A DNA stretch of 64,000 nt from a virus (taxonomy: Duplodnaviria > Caudoviricetes). Both the position numbers and the translations under genes were made by a program. This document shows, in pieces, positions 40,589-49,421 of the stretch. The stretch is taken from positions 6,264 to 70,263 of the IMG/VR virus record IMGVR_UViG_2561511107_000003; one strand, 5' to 3'. Numbering within the stretch: position 1 is the first letter of the stretch; the number at the start of each line of letters is the position of its first letter. The notes beneath the pieces are model-generated. The model saw only the letters and a program-made list of their open reading frames with translations, was not told the origin of the DNA and did not search any database.

Positions 40589-40627
40589 AAGCGCCCCACC
40601 CGGCCTCACGGCCGGGTGGGGCGTTTT
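40589..40627. terminator. Bidirectional terminator (GGCC-TCAC-GGCC family, copy 1)
   Basis: CGCCCCACCCGGCC TCAC GGCCGGGTGGGGCG TTTT between convergent genes. Confidence 0.8.
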
Positions 40628-40695
40628 GCGTGTGGATTCGTTAGCGGCGGTCGTCGCGGATCTGATAGTGCCGCCTGTACGGCGACTGTGATGCG

Positions 40696-41409
40696 TTACC
40701 GGCGTCGACGTCGGCGACGCTTTGGCTTACGCCTGTGACGGCGCAGCCACAGCAGACCGAGCGAGGCGAGGGTCGCGGCCACAGCCGCATTACGCGAACC
40801 CACCCAGCCGGTCCACGCCTCTCCCGCCGCCAGCCACATGCCGACGAACAGTGCCAGCCACACGGCCGACCACGCCGCGAGCAGCGCACGCCGCCGCAGC
40901 CACCACCGGCGCAGCGACGACCGTGACCGGGACGAACGCCGCACACCCGAGGACACCCGCTGCGGCGCACGCTGCCGGGGCACCCGGTTCCGCTGCTGCG
41001 TCCAGCCCGGCTCACGGTTACGGCGGTGCTGCTGCGCACGGAAAATCTCGATGCGGGCCGGGTTGGTGAGATTGTGGTCGTAGTTGTAGCGGGGCCGCTG
41101 ACGTGGCCCGTCCGGCACTACCGACGCACCGTGACGGATCCACCACTGCTCCCGGGCATCCAGGGTGGCGTCGTCCCACTGGCCCTCTTCAAGGACGAAC
41201 GCTCCGCCCACGATCAGGTCGGAGAACGGCTGGCTGGCACGGTGCTGCTGTTCGCGTTGCCACGCTGTTTGCCGCGACTGGCCGATGTAGCCGACCTCGG
41301 GTGCGGCACCGGGGACGGGTGCGCCGTTGGCGTCGACCGGGCGGGTGAGGACGCAGTACACGACACCGCGGCGACGCTCACCTGCCAGACGCTGCCGCTG
41401 CACAGTCAC
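40696..41409 (-). CDS. GIY-YIG-like nuclease with C-terminal membrane anchor
   Basis: GVVY...YIGQS...R..QH...E...P.YN, then two TMs and a basic tail. Confidence 0.75.
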   Translation of the reverse strand: MTVQRQRLAGERRRGVVYCVLTRPVDANGAPVPGAAPEVGYIGQSRQTAWQREQQHRASQPFSDLIVGGAFVLEEGQWDDATLDAREQWWIRHGASVVPDGPRQRPRYNYDHNLTNPARIEIFRAQQHRRNREPGWTQQRNRVPRQRAPQRVSSGVRRSSRSRSSLRRWWLRRRALLAAWSAVWLALFVGMWLAAGEAWTGWVGSRNAAVAATLASLGLLWLRRHRRKPKRRRRRRR

Positions 41410-43862
41410 CGCTCCGACTCCTCCGCGCCCTCAGCCAACTGGGACAGCAGATCCTCCTGAACGTGCTCACAGATCTGGTAGAGGCCATGCTTTGGCTTGA
41501 ACGCGTACTGGTCCTTTTCCACCAGTTCGCGCAGCACCTTCCGCGCCATCGACACCGAACACCGCAAGCCACGGGCACGCATCGGCTTCAACGCTTCATC
41601 GATCGCTTCGATGTCCATCGGCCCGCCGTTGGTGAAAAGAACCGACGCCACCGCTTCCTTCGCCCCGCTCACGTCGGCGTCACCAGCGGTCGCTGCCTGC
41701 GCGGCCACCGCCGTCGCACCCGATGACCATTGACCGGGGGGACGTCCGCCAATCTGCTTACCGGCTTCCGCCCACGCCACCCACTCCGGGCCGAACGCCT
41801 CCAACGTCTCCGGTGGCAGCTCAGCCGGGTAGCCAATCGGATTGTTGTCGTCATCGAACAGCAGGTCGTACACGTTCATCGGCGCGTCCTCGTCCGCCGG
41901 TATGTACGACTGGCGGGCATGCATCGTCTGCTGCTCCCCGTCCGCCACCAGGCACATCCCGGGCAGCTTCGGCAACTGACGCGGGTCGGCGGTCAACGTG
42001 CCACCGGTGACAACGGAGGTGAGGCCGTCCGTGGTGCGCCCGAGCAGGGCATAGCCGCCCGCGAGCATGTCCCGTAGACCCCGCGAGCCGGTGTCGCCGA
42101 GGGTTCCCATGTGGGTGCCGATGGTGATGCGGATGCCGCAGGCGCGCATCTTCCTGGCCATCAGTTCCAGTGGGCCGATGAACTCCTTGTCCATGGCGAT
42201 CTCGTGGAACTCGTCGATGGTCCACGACAGCACTGGCCCGTGGACTCTCGGATCCCAGTCGATGCCGCCTTCGCGTAGGCGACCCTTCCGGTCGTACCAC
42301 TGGTGGGACGAGATCATGTCGTAGCGGCGGTCCACCTCGCGCATCAGCGCGTCCCGCATGATGTAGGCGTCCTCGACGGTGCAGCCGGCGGCGTGCACGG
42401 CCCGGCGGAATTCGCCGTACGAGGCGTAGCGTTTGAAGTCGTGCAGGAACGAGGCGAACAGTCCGTGCGTTTGCCCCGTCGTCGGGTCGGTGCGGGCGAA
42501 CCAGCGTTCGATGATGAGCTGCTTGCGCAGGTTTTCTGACTTACCTGAACCGGTGGTGCCGGTGACGATCTTCGACGGGGCACCCCAGCCGTACCTGATG
42601 AACGGCTCCCACATTTCGGATCCGTCAATGAAGTAGCCGGTCAGCGCCACACCACGCTCGACGTCGATGGAGGCCGGACCCGCCCACAGCTTGGCCTGGG
42701 CGAGCGGCGGGTTCGGCTGCACCAGCATCAGCACGTCGTTGGGGTCGTCCTGTTCCACAAAGTTGAAGAACTTCCGGTTCACGCCGAACGTGCCGGCGAT
42801 CACCCGCAGCCTGCCCTTCGCGGACTGGTCGGTGAGCATGTCGATCGCGACCGCACCCGGCTTGGTGGCGTGGATGACGATGCCCCATCCGCCTACGACC
42901 TCCCGATACGACTCGGGCAGCAGGATCGTGTTCGGCACCGCACCGTTCGGGTCGTCGGCAACCCACCGCTGGGCCGCCACGACCCCGGGTGGACTGTGGT
43001 CCACCACCTGCGGCTGCGGTGCTGCCTCGACGGGCGTATTGGCTGGCTTGGTGTCGGCGGTCCGCGTGGAATCGACGTGTGCCAGGTAGGGGCGGGAGCC
43101 GACGACGGCCAGGCCAGCGAGCAGCCCACCGAACAGGGCTACATGCCCGGGACTGCTGGTCCAGTCCGCGATGTCGCCGGCACGTTCCCATCCGACCGCC
43201 GCAGCGGCCGTATACGCGGCGGCACGGGCACGCCTCGCAGCCAACCGCCGGCGCCGCTTCCCTGCCACCTCATCGGCCGGATCAAACCGGTGGTGTTTGA
43301 CGTCGTCGCGCAGCAGCCACCAGTTCGTCACCCGGTAGGCGGCCCAGGCGACACCGGGCAGCAGCGACCACTCGGCCAGTTCCATCCACCACGGCAGGTC
43401 GGCGCGGTCGTTGACAGCCCCCGCTACCCCGACGGCGGCGGCGGCACCGGCGACACGGATTCGCTCGTCAGCGGCGTTCCATACCCGTCTCCATGGCAGT
43501 CCGCCACGCGGCTTCGACTCGTTCTCGGCGGTCATCTCACAGCCGTGGTCGGGGCAGTAGCGGGTCGCAGTACCGGGAAGCAGCCACATGATCCGGTCGC
43601 AGGGCACCACCTGCATAGACGGCGGCCGTCCATCCTCAGGTTCAACCATGGTTTCGATACGGCCACGTGAGCAGCGGTGCCGGATGTGGGCGGTACGCCT
43701 GTTGTCGGCGTCGACAGGCACCGGATACGGGGTTTGACGCGCAATCGCGTCAACGTCCAGCCACACCCGCGACCACCCAGATGCGCCCTCCGGCGGCGAC
43801 GTCCGCCCACCTGCGGCGGGCCGTGGCGGCAGCGAAACCGGCCTCACCTCAGTCTTGGTCAT
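41406..43862 (-). CDS. traB: FtsK/SpoIIIE-family TraB-like dsDNA translocase
   Basis: TM segments, GTTGSGKS Walker A, WTIDEFHE Walker B, C-terminal winged helix. Confidence 0.85.
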   Translation of the reverse strand: MTKTEVRPVSLPPRPAAGGRTSPPEGASGWSRVWLDVDAIARQTPYPVPVDADNRRTAHIRHRCSRGRIETMVEPEDGRPPSMQVVPCDRIMWLLPGTATRYCPDHGCEMTAENESKPRGGLPWRRVWNAADERIRVAGAAAAVGVAGAVNDRADLPWWMELAEWSLLPGVAWAAYRVTNWWLLRDDVKHHRFDPADEVAGKRRRRLAARRARAAAYTAAAAVGWERAGDIADWTSSPGHVALFGGLLAGLAVVGSRPYLAHVDSTRTADTKPANTPVEAAPQPQVVDHSPPGVVAAQRWVADDPNGAVPNTILLPESYREVVGGWGIVIHATKPGAVAIDMLTDQSAKGRLRVIAGTFGVNRKFFNFVEQDDPNDVLMLVQPNPPLAQAKLWAGPASIDVERGVALTGYFIDGSEMWEPFIRYGWGAPSKIVTGTTGSGKSENLRKQLIIERWFARTDPTTGQTHGLFASFLHDFKRYASYGEFRRAVHAAGCTVEDAYIMRDALMREVDRRYDMISSHQWYDRKGRLREGGIDWDPRVHGPVLSWTIDEFHEIAMDKEFIGPLELMARKMRACGIRITIGTHMGTLGDTGSRGLRDMLAGGYALLGRTTDGLTSVVTGGTLTADPRQLPKLPGMCLVADGEQQTMHARQSYIPADEDAPMNVYDLLFDDDNNPIGYPAELPPETLEAFGPEWVAWAEAGKQIGGRPPGQWSSGATAVAAQAATAGDADVSGAKEAVASVLFTNGGPMDIEAIDEALKPMRARGLRCSVSMARKVLRELVEKDQYAFKPKHGLYQICEHVQEDLLSQLAEGAEESER

Positions 43863-43955
43863 CAGCAGTCACATCCCCCTCAAGCGGAGCCAGATTCCGG
43901 CGGTTACGGTGCAGGCCGGAAGTGAACCTCCGGCCTGCACCGATGGCGCCGGAAC

Positions 43956-45482
43956 TCAGTGCTCCTCCAGCACACGCGCGTCCACGCCCGTCTCCTGCAC
44001 TATCGCCGCGGCCTCTCCGTACTGCGACTTGATGTGCTGCAACGACGCCTGCACGGACTCGGCGGAGGCGTCCAGTTCGGCCTGCCACTGCTGGTTGCGG
44101 TCACGGGCGGCTTCGATGTGCTCCTGCACATCGGCGATGGTGCCGGCGGTGAGGGTCGTGGTGGCTTCCGTTGAACCCTGGGAGGCGTCGGCCCCGTACC
44201 GGGAGGTTTCCAGCCCTTCGGCGAGCGGCGCGAGGGCGTTGGTGACTTCGGCCCGGTTGCCGTCCATGGCCTCGACGGCGGCGGCGACTGCGGTGATGTG
44301 CTGTTCGAACGCGGCGGCCTCGGCCTGCTGGGCGCGCAGCGTAGCCAGGGCGTTCTCGTGCTTGGCGACAGCCTGGTTGTAGGTGACCAGGTCGCTGGTG
44401 TCGGTGCTCATGGTTCCTCCGTAGTCGCAGTTGCGGTTGTTGTTGGTACGGCTGGTTTCGGAGTGTTGGGCGGCCCGCGCTTCGGCGGTCATGGCTACTG
44501 CCTCGCTGACGGCCTCGGGGTGAATGTGGGGGAACTGCCGGCGTACGGCGGCTTCGATGGCGGCAATATCGGCGGGCTGCGGTTTCGTGTTCGGGTCGAT
44601 GTTGTTCAGGGCATCGTGGGCGGCGCGGGCGATGTCGTCGTGTTGGGGCATCCACCCGCCAGGCGGGCCGGGGGTGTGGGTGGCATCGGCGGCGGCCTGC
44701 TCGTACACGGACTCCGGATGTTGGTCACCGAAGCGTGTGCGCAGACCACGGGCGGTTTCGGTTTCTCCCAGTGCGCCGCTGTAGCCCCGTGCACGGTTCA
44801 GCCGGTACAGGTCCGCGGCGACGACGCTGACCTGCGACGGCACGTGGTAGCCGCCGTCGGTCCGGCGGGCGGTGGGGCACGTCGATTCGGTCGGGTGCAT
44901 CCACGACCCGTTGCGTTCGGTGATGGTGTCACCGCACACGGGGCAGGCGACGCGGGGCGCGTCCGTAACTGGCCGCTCGTCGACTACCGCGGGGGTGGCA
45001 GGCTGCGGCTGCCGCTCCTCCCCCACCGGATCGATGAGGGCGTGCCACGCCCTGCCGGCCATGCCCCGCTTCTCACGGCTAGCCTGCACCTTTCGCTGCA
45101 CGGCCGCATCGATGCGCCCCATCGGGGCGCGTCGACCGTCCGGGCCGACCGGGGGGCGGGCGGCTCGTTTGGCGCGCCGCTTCTCCAGCTTGTCTTCCCA
45201 CAGCCCGTGGTAAACGTCCGACAGGTACGCGCCCATGCCGGGCCGGTATTCGCCGGTCCCACCGGCCTGACGGTTGCGGCGGGCTCGGGTGGCCTGCCAT
45301 GCCCTCGCCAAAGCCTCGCGGCGGGCTGCGGCGAGGGTGGCCTTACGGTCCCGCTGCTTGTCGATCAGCTTCCACTCGCCGGCCTTCGCAGCCTTCAACG
45401 TGGTGACGGCGTCGGCGACGACACCGGGGATGGTCATGGCCCACAGGGACATAACCATTACCCCCAAGATCAGCTCAATCAT
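43956..45482 (-). CDS. Transfer/spread-associated protein (TM, Zn ribbon, coiled coil)
   Basis: N-terminal TM, CPVC..H...C, helical C-terminus; in the traB operon. Confidence 0.65.
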   Translation of the reverse strand: MIELILGVMVMSLWAMTIPGVVADAVTTLKAAKAGEWKLIDKQRDRKATLAAARREALARAWQATRARRNRQAGGTGEYRPGMGAYLSDVYHGLWEDKLEKRRAKRAARPPVGPDGRRAPMGRIDAAVQRKVQASREKRGMAGRAWHALIDPVGEERQPQPATPAVVDERPVTDAPRVACPVCGDTITERNGSWMHPTESTCPTARRTDGGYHVPSQVSVVAADLYRLNRARGYSGALGETETARGLRTRFGDQHPESVYEQAAADATHTPGPPGGWMPQHDDIARAAHDALNNIDPNTKPQPADIAAIEAAVRRQFPHIHPEAVSEAVAMTAEARAAQHSETSRTNNNRNCDYGGTMSTDTSDLVTYNQAVAKHENALATLRAQQAEAAAFEQHITAVAAAVEAMDGNRAEVTNALAPLAEGLETSRYGADASQGSTEATTTLTAGTIADVQEHIEAARDRNQQWQAELDASAESVQASLQHIKSQYGEAAAIVQETGVDARVLEEH

Positions 45483-45485
45483 TGG

Positions 45486-45863
45486 CTACCGGCCCATCCG
45501 CGACGACGCGTCGGTGCGGGTCGACACGAGGAACGAGATCGCGACGGCGGCGAGGGCGAGGCCGATGGTGCTGGTGCCCACCCAGTCGCCCATCGAGTCA
45601 CTCGCCCACCCCCACACTTCGCTGAGTTTGCTGCTGATCCATGCGGGCAGCGAGCCGTCGATGGACACGATCAGGGACGGCAGGACGAAAGCGCCGACGA
45701 CGGCGTACTGGTCGGGTTTGCGGTCCTTGGCGATGTCGATGCCGATGGTGACGAGCGCACCCAACGCGGCGATGATCATCACTGCGGAGGCGAGGCCGAC
45801 ACCGACCAGGCCGGCGCCGCCGATGATGGCGACGATGAAGCCGATCCAAGCGAGAGCCTTCAT
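45486..45863 (-). CDS. Four-TM membrane protein (Spd-like)
   Basis: Hydrophobic; AAGGAGGA RBS. Confidence 0.75.
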   Translation of the reverse strand: MKALAWIGFIVAIIGGAGLVGVGLASAVMIIAALGALVTIGIDIAKDRKPDQYAVVGAFVLPSLIVSIDGSLPAWISSKLSEVWGWASDSMGDWVGTSTIGLALAAVAISFLVSTRTDASSRMGR

Positions 45864-45884
45864 GGTGTTCCTCCTTCGAGGGGG

Positions 45885-46301
45885 TTAGCGGATGGCGGCG
45901 GCGACGCCGACACTGGTGGCGATGAATAGGGGCCCGCGTACGGGGTGGATGAGCATCCACTTCATGGAGTCGAGGGCGGCAGCGAAGGCGATCCCCGGGT
46001 AGCGGTAGGCACGGCACCACCGCTGGTACGGCACAAACTCGGGCGTGGTGGCGCTGTAGTCGGTGCGCCACACCACGCGAATCGACGGCGTGGACTCGCG
46101 GACGATCCACGAGTCGGCTGCATCCAGGTACATGACCCGGCCGACACGCCGTGCCGCGGCGACGGGACGGGCCGCCCTGAGTCGCTTCACACGGTCACGG
46201 CGGGTTACACTCGGCTTGACTTTCGCGCGCGCAGACGCGCGCGGGCTGTCCGACCCGCCGACGACACTGACATTTGGCAGTGTCACAACACTCTCCGTCA
46301 C
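45885..46301 (-). CDS. Hypothetical membrane-associated protein
   Basis: AAGGAG RBS; coupled ORF. Confidence 0.65.
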   Translation of the reverse strand: MTESVVTLPNVSVVGGSDSPRASARAKVKPSVTRRDRVKRLRAARPVAAARRVGRVMYLDAADSWIVRESTPSIRVVWRTDYSATTPEFVPYQRWCRAYRYPGIAFAAALDSMKWMLIHPVRGPLFIATSVGVAAAIR

Positions 46302-46513
46302 GGCCGGCTCCTTTCGTTCAGGTCGCGGGCAACCCGCGTTACTTCCTTCACGACGCCGTCAACATCGGCCCGGGGCATGGCCCGCGCCTCCGACATCACC
46401 CACTCCAGGGCGTGCCGCAGCCGCTCGTACGGGGACTCGGCATCGGCGATACGACCGACGCTCCAGGTGGTCCGGTTGGCGGCGGCGGCCCGCAGGGATT
46501 TGACCGACATCAC
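46298..46513 (-). CDS. Small hypothetical protein
   Basis: Coupled on both sides. Confidence 0.6.
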   Translation of the reverse strand: MMSVKSLRAAAANRTTWSVGRIADAESPYERLRHALEWVMSEARAMPRADVDGVVKEVTRVARDLNERSRP

Positions 46514-46767
46514 GCCTCCACGGGTGCGCTGAACTGGAAAAACGGCTCCCGGTCGACGTGTTCGCCCCGAATCTGGTGAAGGTCCACGTGGTACAGGTGC
46601 GCTTTCCGACGGTTGGTGCCGTCGCGCTCGGCGACAGCGATCAGATGCCTCGTGAGCAGGTCGTTGACGCTGGCCGGATCGTCGAGGTCGAGGGTGACGA
46701 GTAGCCGCCCCGTGGTGCGGACGGGCCGGTCACCGCGGAACGCCCGCAACTCGTACAGCTTCGGCAT
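46510..46767 (-). CDS. Small hypothetical protein
   Basis: AAGGAGGA RBS. Confidence 0.7.
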   Translation of the reverse strand: MPKLYELRAFRGDRPVRTTGRLLVTLDLDDPASVNDLLTRHLIAVAERDGTNRRKAHLYHVDLHQIRGEHVDREPFFQFSAPVEA

Positions 46768-46798
46768 CCGATCCTCCTTTCGGTGCTTTCTGCGCTGG

Positions 46799-47002
46799 TC
46801 AGATGAGCTGCGACAGCGCGTATCCGGCCAGGCCGGCGAGGCCGTTGCCAGCGACGATGACGGTGATGACGCGGTTCAGGCTGGTGTCGCCCCGGCTGTG
46901 GGCGCGGCGGGCGGGCTTGCCGCTGTCGGTGACGGTTCGGGTTTGGGTCGCGGGCGTGGCGGAGGGTCGGATGGTGGCGGCGGGCAAGGCGTCGGTGGTC
47001 AT
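46799..47002 (-). CDS. Small membrane protein
   Basis: GGGAGGA RBS; C-terminal TM. Confidence 0.6.
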   Translation of the reverse strand: MTTDALPAATIRPSATPATQTRTVTDSGKPARRAHSRGDTSLNRVITVIVAGNGLAGLAGYALSQLI

Positions 47003-47840
47003 CGGTCAGTCCTCCCAGTGACGGTCGTGGGCGATCAGGTGACGCGCGCCGCCGCATGACGGCGTCAGCGTCACGGGTGACGGTGCGGGCGATGTGACGG
47101 CGCTGCGGGCGGGCTGACGCTCCGCCCGCCAGTACGGCGTCAGCGTCGATGCCGGTGGCGGCCACGTCGTGGAGGTCGCCGGCGGGGTGACGGCCGTAGC
47201 GGGTCGAGATGACGGGAAGGCGAGGTCGTCAGTCACGTCCGTCACCTGCCGTCAGCTCGGCCACGATCCGGTCGTGTTCGGCGCGCAGGATCTGCTCGGC
47301 GTCCGCGACGGCCAACTCAGCCAGCCATTTGGGCCGGTTGGTGCGGGCCGCCGACTCGGCGCCTTCCACCGCCTCAGCCATCCATGTGCCGGCTGGCTCC
47401 ACACCGAGAGCCATGCAGAGCAGCAGAAACACCTTCATGCCGTCCCGCTTGCTGCCGCCGCCGTCGACTACCTGCCGGGCCTTTTTGGCGGCGTAGTCGC
47501 GGACCTGGCTGACGGTCCAGTCCCGGAATCGCTCGTCGATGAGGTCGCGGCTAAGGGGGCGGACGGCGGTGACGTCAGTACGGGTGCGTTTGACGGTGAC
47601 GTTGCTGCTGCTGGCAGTTGGAGTGACGGTGTCGGTGGTGGTGGCTTCGGTGACGGGGATGACGGTGGTGACGGGCGTCTGTGGGCGGCTGACGGTGACG
47701 GTGGGCGTCTCCGCGTCGCCGTCACTGCTGGCGTCACGGTGGGGCGTCTGCGTCGGTTCGACGTCGATGATGTGACGGTGACGGTCGGCGTCACCGGTCG
47801 GGATCTGCGTCACCTCAGCCCAGGCGTCACCGGTGACGGC
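46858..47840 (+). repeat. Dense TGACGG repeat field (candidate clt/TRS)
   Basis: About 19 TGACGG copies on + plus variants in about 1 kb. Confidence 0.75.
47006..47245 (-). CDS. Small repeat-rich protein
   Basis: Thr/Pro-rich ORF overlying the TGACGG repeats. Confidence 0.45.
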   Translation of the reverse strand: MTDVTDDLAFPSSRPATAVTPPATSTTWPPPASTLTPYWRAERQPARSAVTSPAPSPVTLTPSCGGARHLIAHDRHWED

Positions 47841-48779
47841 GTCGGGCTTTGTCGCTTCCACGATGCCGCGCACGATCGACAGGCGGCGCAGCAGCTTCGC
47901 CCTGACCTTCGGGTTCTCGGCGAGGTCGATCCACTTGCAGGCGGCCTGCGTCTGCCGCATGACCCGCCAGCCGAGCCACGCGATGTAGAGGCGCTTGATG
48001 CGGCCCGGCTTGGGGTTGGCACGGGTCGTGTTATGGAAGTGGTTGAGCAGCCGGGACAGCCGGTCCATGCGGCGCAGGGTGGCGACCTCGGACACGCTGA
48101 TGCTGGCCGGTTCCGCTAGGCCGAGGGTGACGGCGATTCGACGCCACGGGATACCGCGGCTGGTGGGCGGCGGGTACTTGCCAGGGTTGCGGTGGTGCAG
48201 GATGTCCCGCTGCTCGATCAGGCTCTCGTACCACATGTAGGCGGCGACACCTGCGGCGGCGATGCGGAAAAGGCGCAGGTCGCCGCTGTCGGCGTGGACG
48301 GCGGAGAGGCTGGCGGAGATGCCGGCGAGGATGAACACGGCCCGGTGGGCGCGGCCGAGGTCGCCGTGGCGGTACAGGTGGCGGGTGGCGCGGCGGCTGG
48401 CGTCGAAAATGCCGAGTTCGATGAATGCGAACAGGACGAGCCGCAGCGTCCAGTGGATTTCGATGACATCGGTGAAGAACTGCCACATGCCGAGGGCGAC
48501 GACGATGGTGGCGATGGTGGCGACGACACGGGTGATGGCCCGGTCGGCGGCGGTGAGGTCGTCGGCTTTGCGTTCGGTGGCGGGCTTGCGGCGACGGCGC
48601 AGCAGTTTGACGGCGAGGATGCCGCCGAGGGCGATGGCGACGGCGGTCATCGTGTTGTCGGGGTTGTTGAACCAGGTGACGGCGTTGTCGGTGAGCGGGT
48701 CGAGCCAGCCGCGCGTGGCCGGAGTGTAGGGCTCGACCTGCACTCCGGGGTCGATGTACTTGGCGGGCTGCATGGTCAC
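47229..48779 (-). CDS. SpdA/DUF2637-like membrane protein
   Basis: Multiple TMs, repeat-rich linker, helical C-terminus; first gene of the transfer operon. Confidence 0.7.
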   Translation of the reverse strand: MTMQPAKYIDPGVQVEPYTPATRGWLDPLTDNAVTWFNNPDNTMTAVAIALGGILAVKLLRRRRKPATERKADDLTAADRAITRVVATIATIVVALGMWQFFTDVIEIHWTLRLVLFAFIELGIFDASRRATRHLYRHGDLGRAHRAVFILAGISASLSAVHADSGDLRLFRIAAAGVAAYMWYESLIEQRDILHHRNPGKYPPPTSRGIPWRRIAVTLGLAEPASISVSEVATLRRMDRLSRLLNHFHNTTRANPKPGRIKRLYIAWLGWRVMRQTQAACKWIDLAENPKVRAKLLRRLSIVRGIVEATKPDAVTGDAWAEVTQIPTGDADRHRHIIDVEPTQTPHRDASSDGDAETPTVTVSRPQTPVTTVIPVTEATTTDTVTPTASSSNVTVKRTRTDVTAVRPLSRDLIDERFRDWTVSQVRDYAAKKARQVVDGGGSKRDGMKVFLLLCMALGVEPAGTWMAEAVEGAESAARTNRPKWLAELAVADAEQILRAEHDRIVAELTAGDGRD

Positions 48780-48829
48780 CGGCCCTCGCCTCCTCTGGTT
48801 GGCGTTCGCGTTCTCAGCTGGACCGTGCC

Positions 48830-48876
48830 ATAGTGCGAACAGTTTGACAAGCTAGAACTGTACGAACAGTAGCACG
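48830..48876. promoter_or_regulatory. Divergent promoter/operator of the transfer operon
   Basis: TTGACA at 48844; CGAACAGT twice plus an inverted ACTGTACG. Confidence 0.55.
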
Positions 48877-48975
48877 ACTCCAGACGGAGGGGCATCTATG
48901 AACACGGCGGTGATCGCGAACACCGGGAACGGTGGGTACGCTCACCGCAGATTCCAGCGGCGGAGAGCAGGGGCG

Positions 48976-49242
48976 ATGGGGGACGACGACAACCGCGACG
49001 AGGTCGCCGAGCTTGAAGCCCGAGTGCGTGCCGGCGAATGGTTGAAAACCGGGCCGGTCGCGGTCCTGCTCGGCATGGGGCGCACCAAGGTCCACACGCT
49101 GGTGAAACAGGGAGTGATCGGGCATCGGAAGATTCCCGGCGCCCCACGGAAGCCGCAGCGGGAGTGCAACCCGAAGGATGTGTTGCGCCTGCTGGAGGAG
49201 GGTCGCCGCGAGTTCCACGGCGAGTCTGAGGATCCGAGCTGA
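48976..49242 (+). CDS. Excisionase-like HTH regulator
   Basis: WLKTGPVAVLLGMGRTKVHTLVKQGVI. Confidence 0.7.
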   Translation: MGDDDNRDEVAELEARVRAGEWLKTGPVAVLLGMGRTKVHTLVKQGVIGHRKIPGAPRKPQRECNPKDVLRLLEEGRREFHGESEDPS

Positions 49243-49421
49243 GCCATGTCCACTCCCTTACCGGCATGCTGGTGCGCTGTCGGGTTGAGCGTGGTCGGGC
49301 CAGCAGCCCGCCGGAACGCCATCTGCGCACCGTCGGCCTGCCAACCGGTCCGGATTGGAGTGCGCTCGGTCATACGCTGGGGTGTGGATGGTGCTGCGCT
49401 GACCTACGGGGGGCGGAAACG

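Larger units (their letters stand above)
1..40630 (+). mobile_element. Siphovirus-type (pro)phage lytic arm
   Basis: Complete early, replication, head, tail and lysis order; left boundary outside the window. Confidence 0.92.

Noticed and set aside
41406-43862. FtsK ATPase as a type VII secretion EccC
   Set aside because: Single ATPase domain with a C-terminal wHTH and Spd-like neighbours fits TraB; no other T7SS genes
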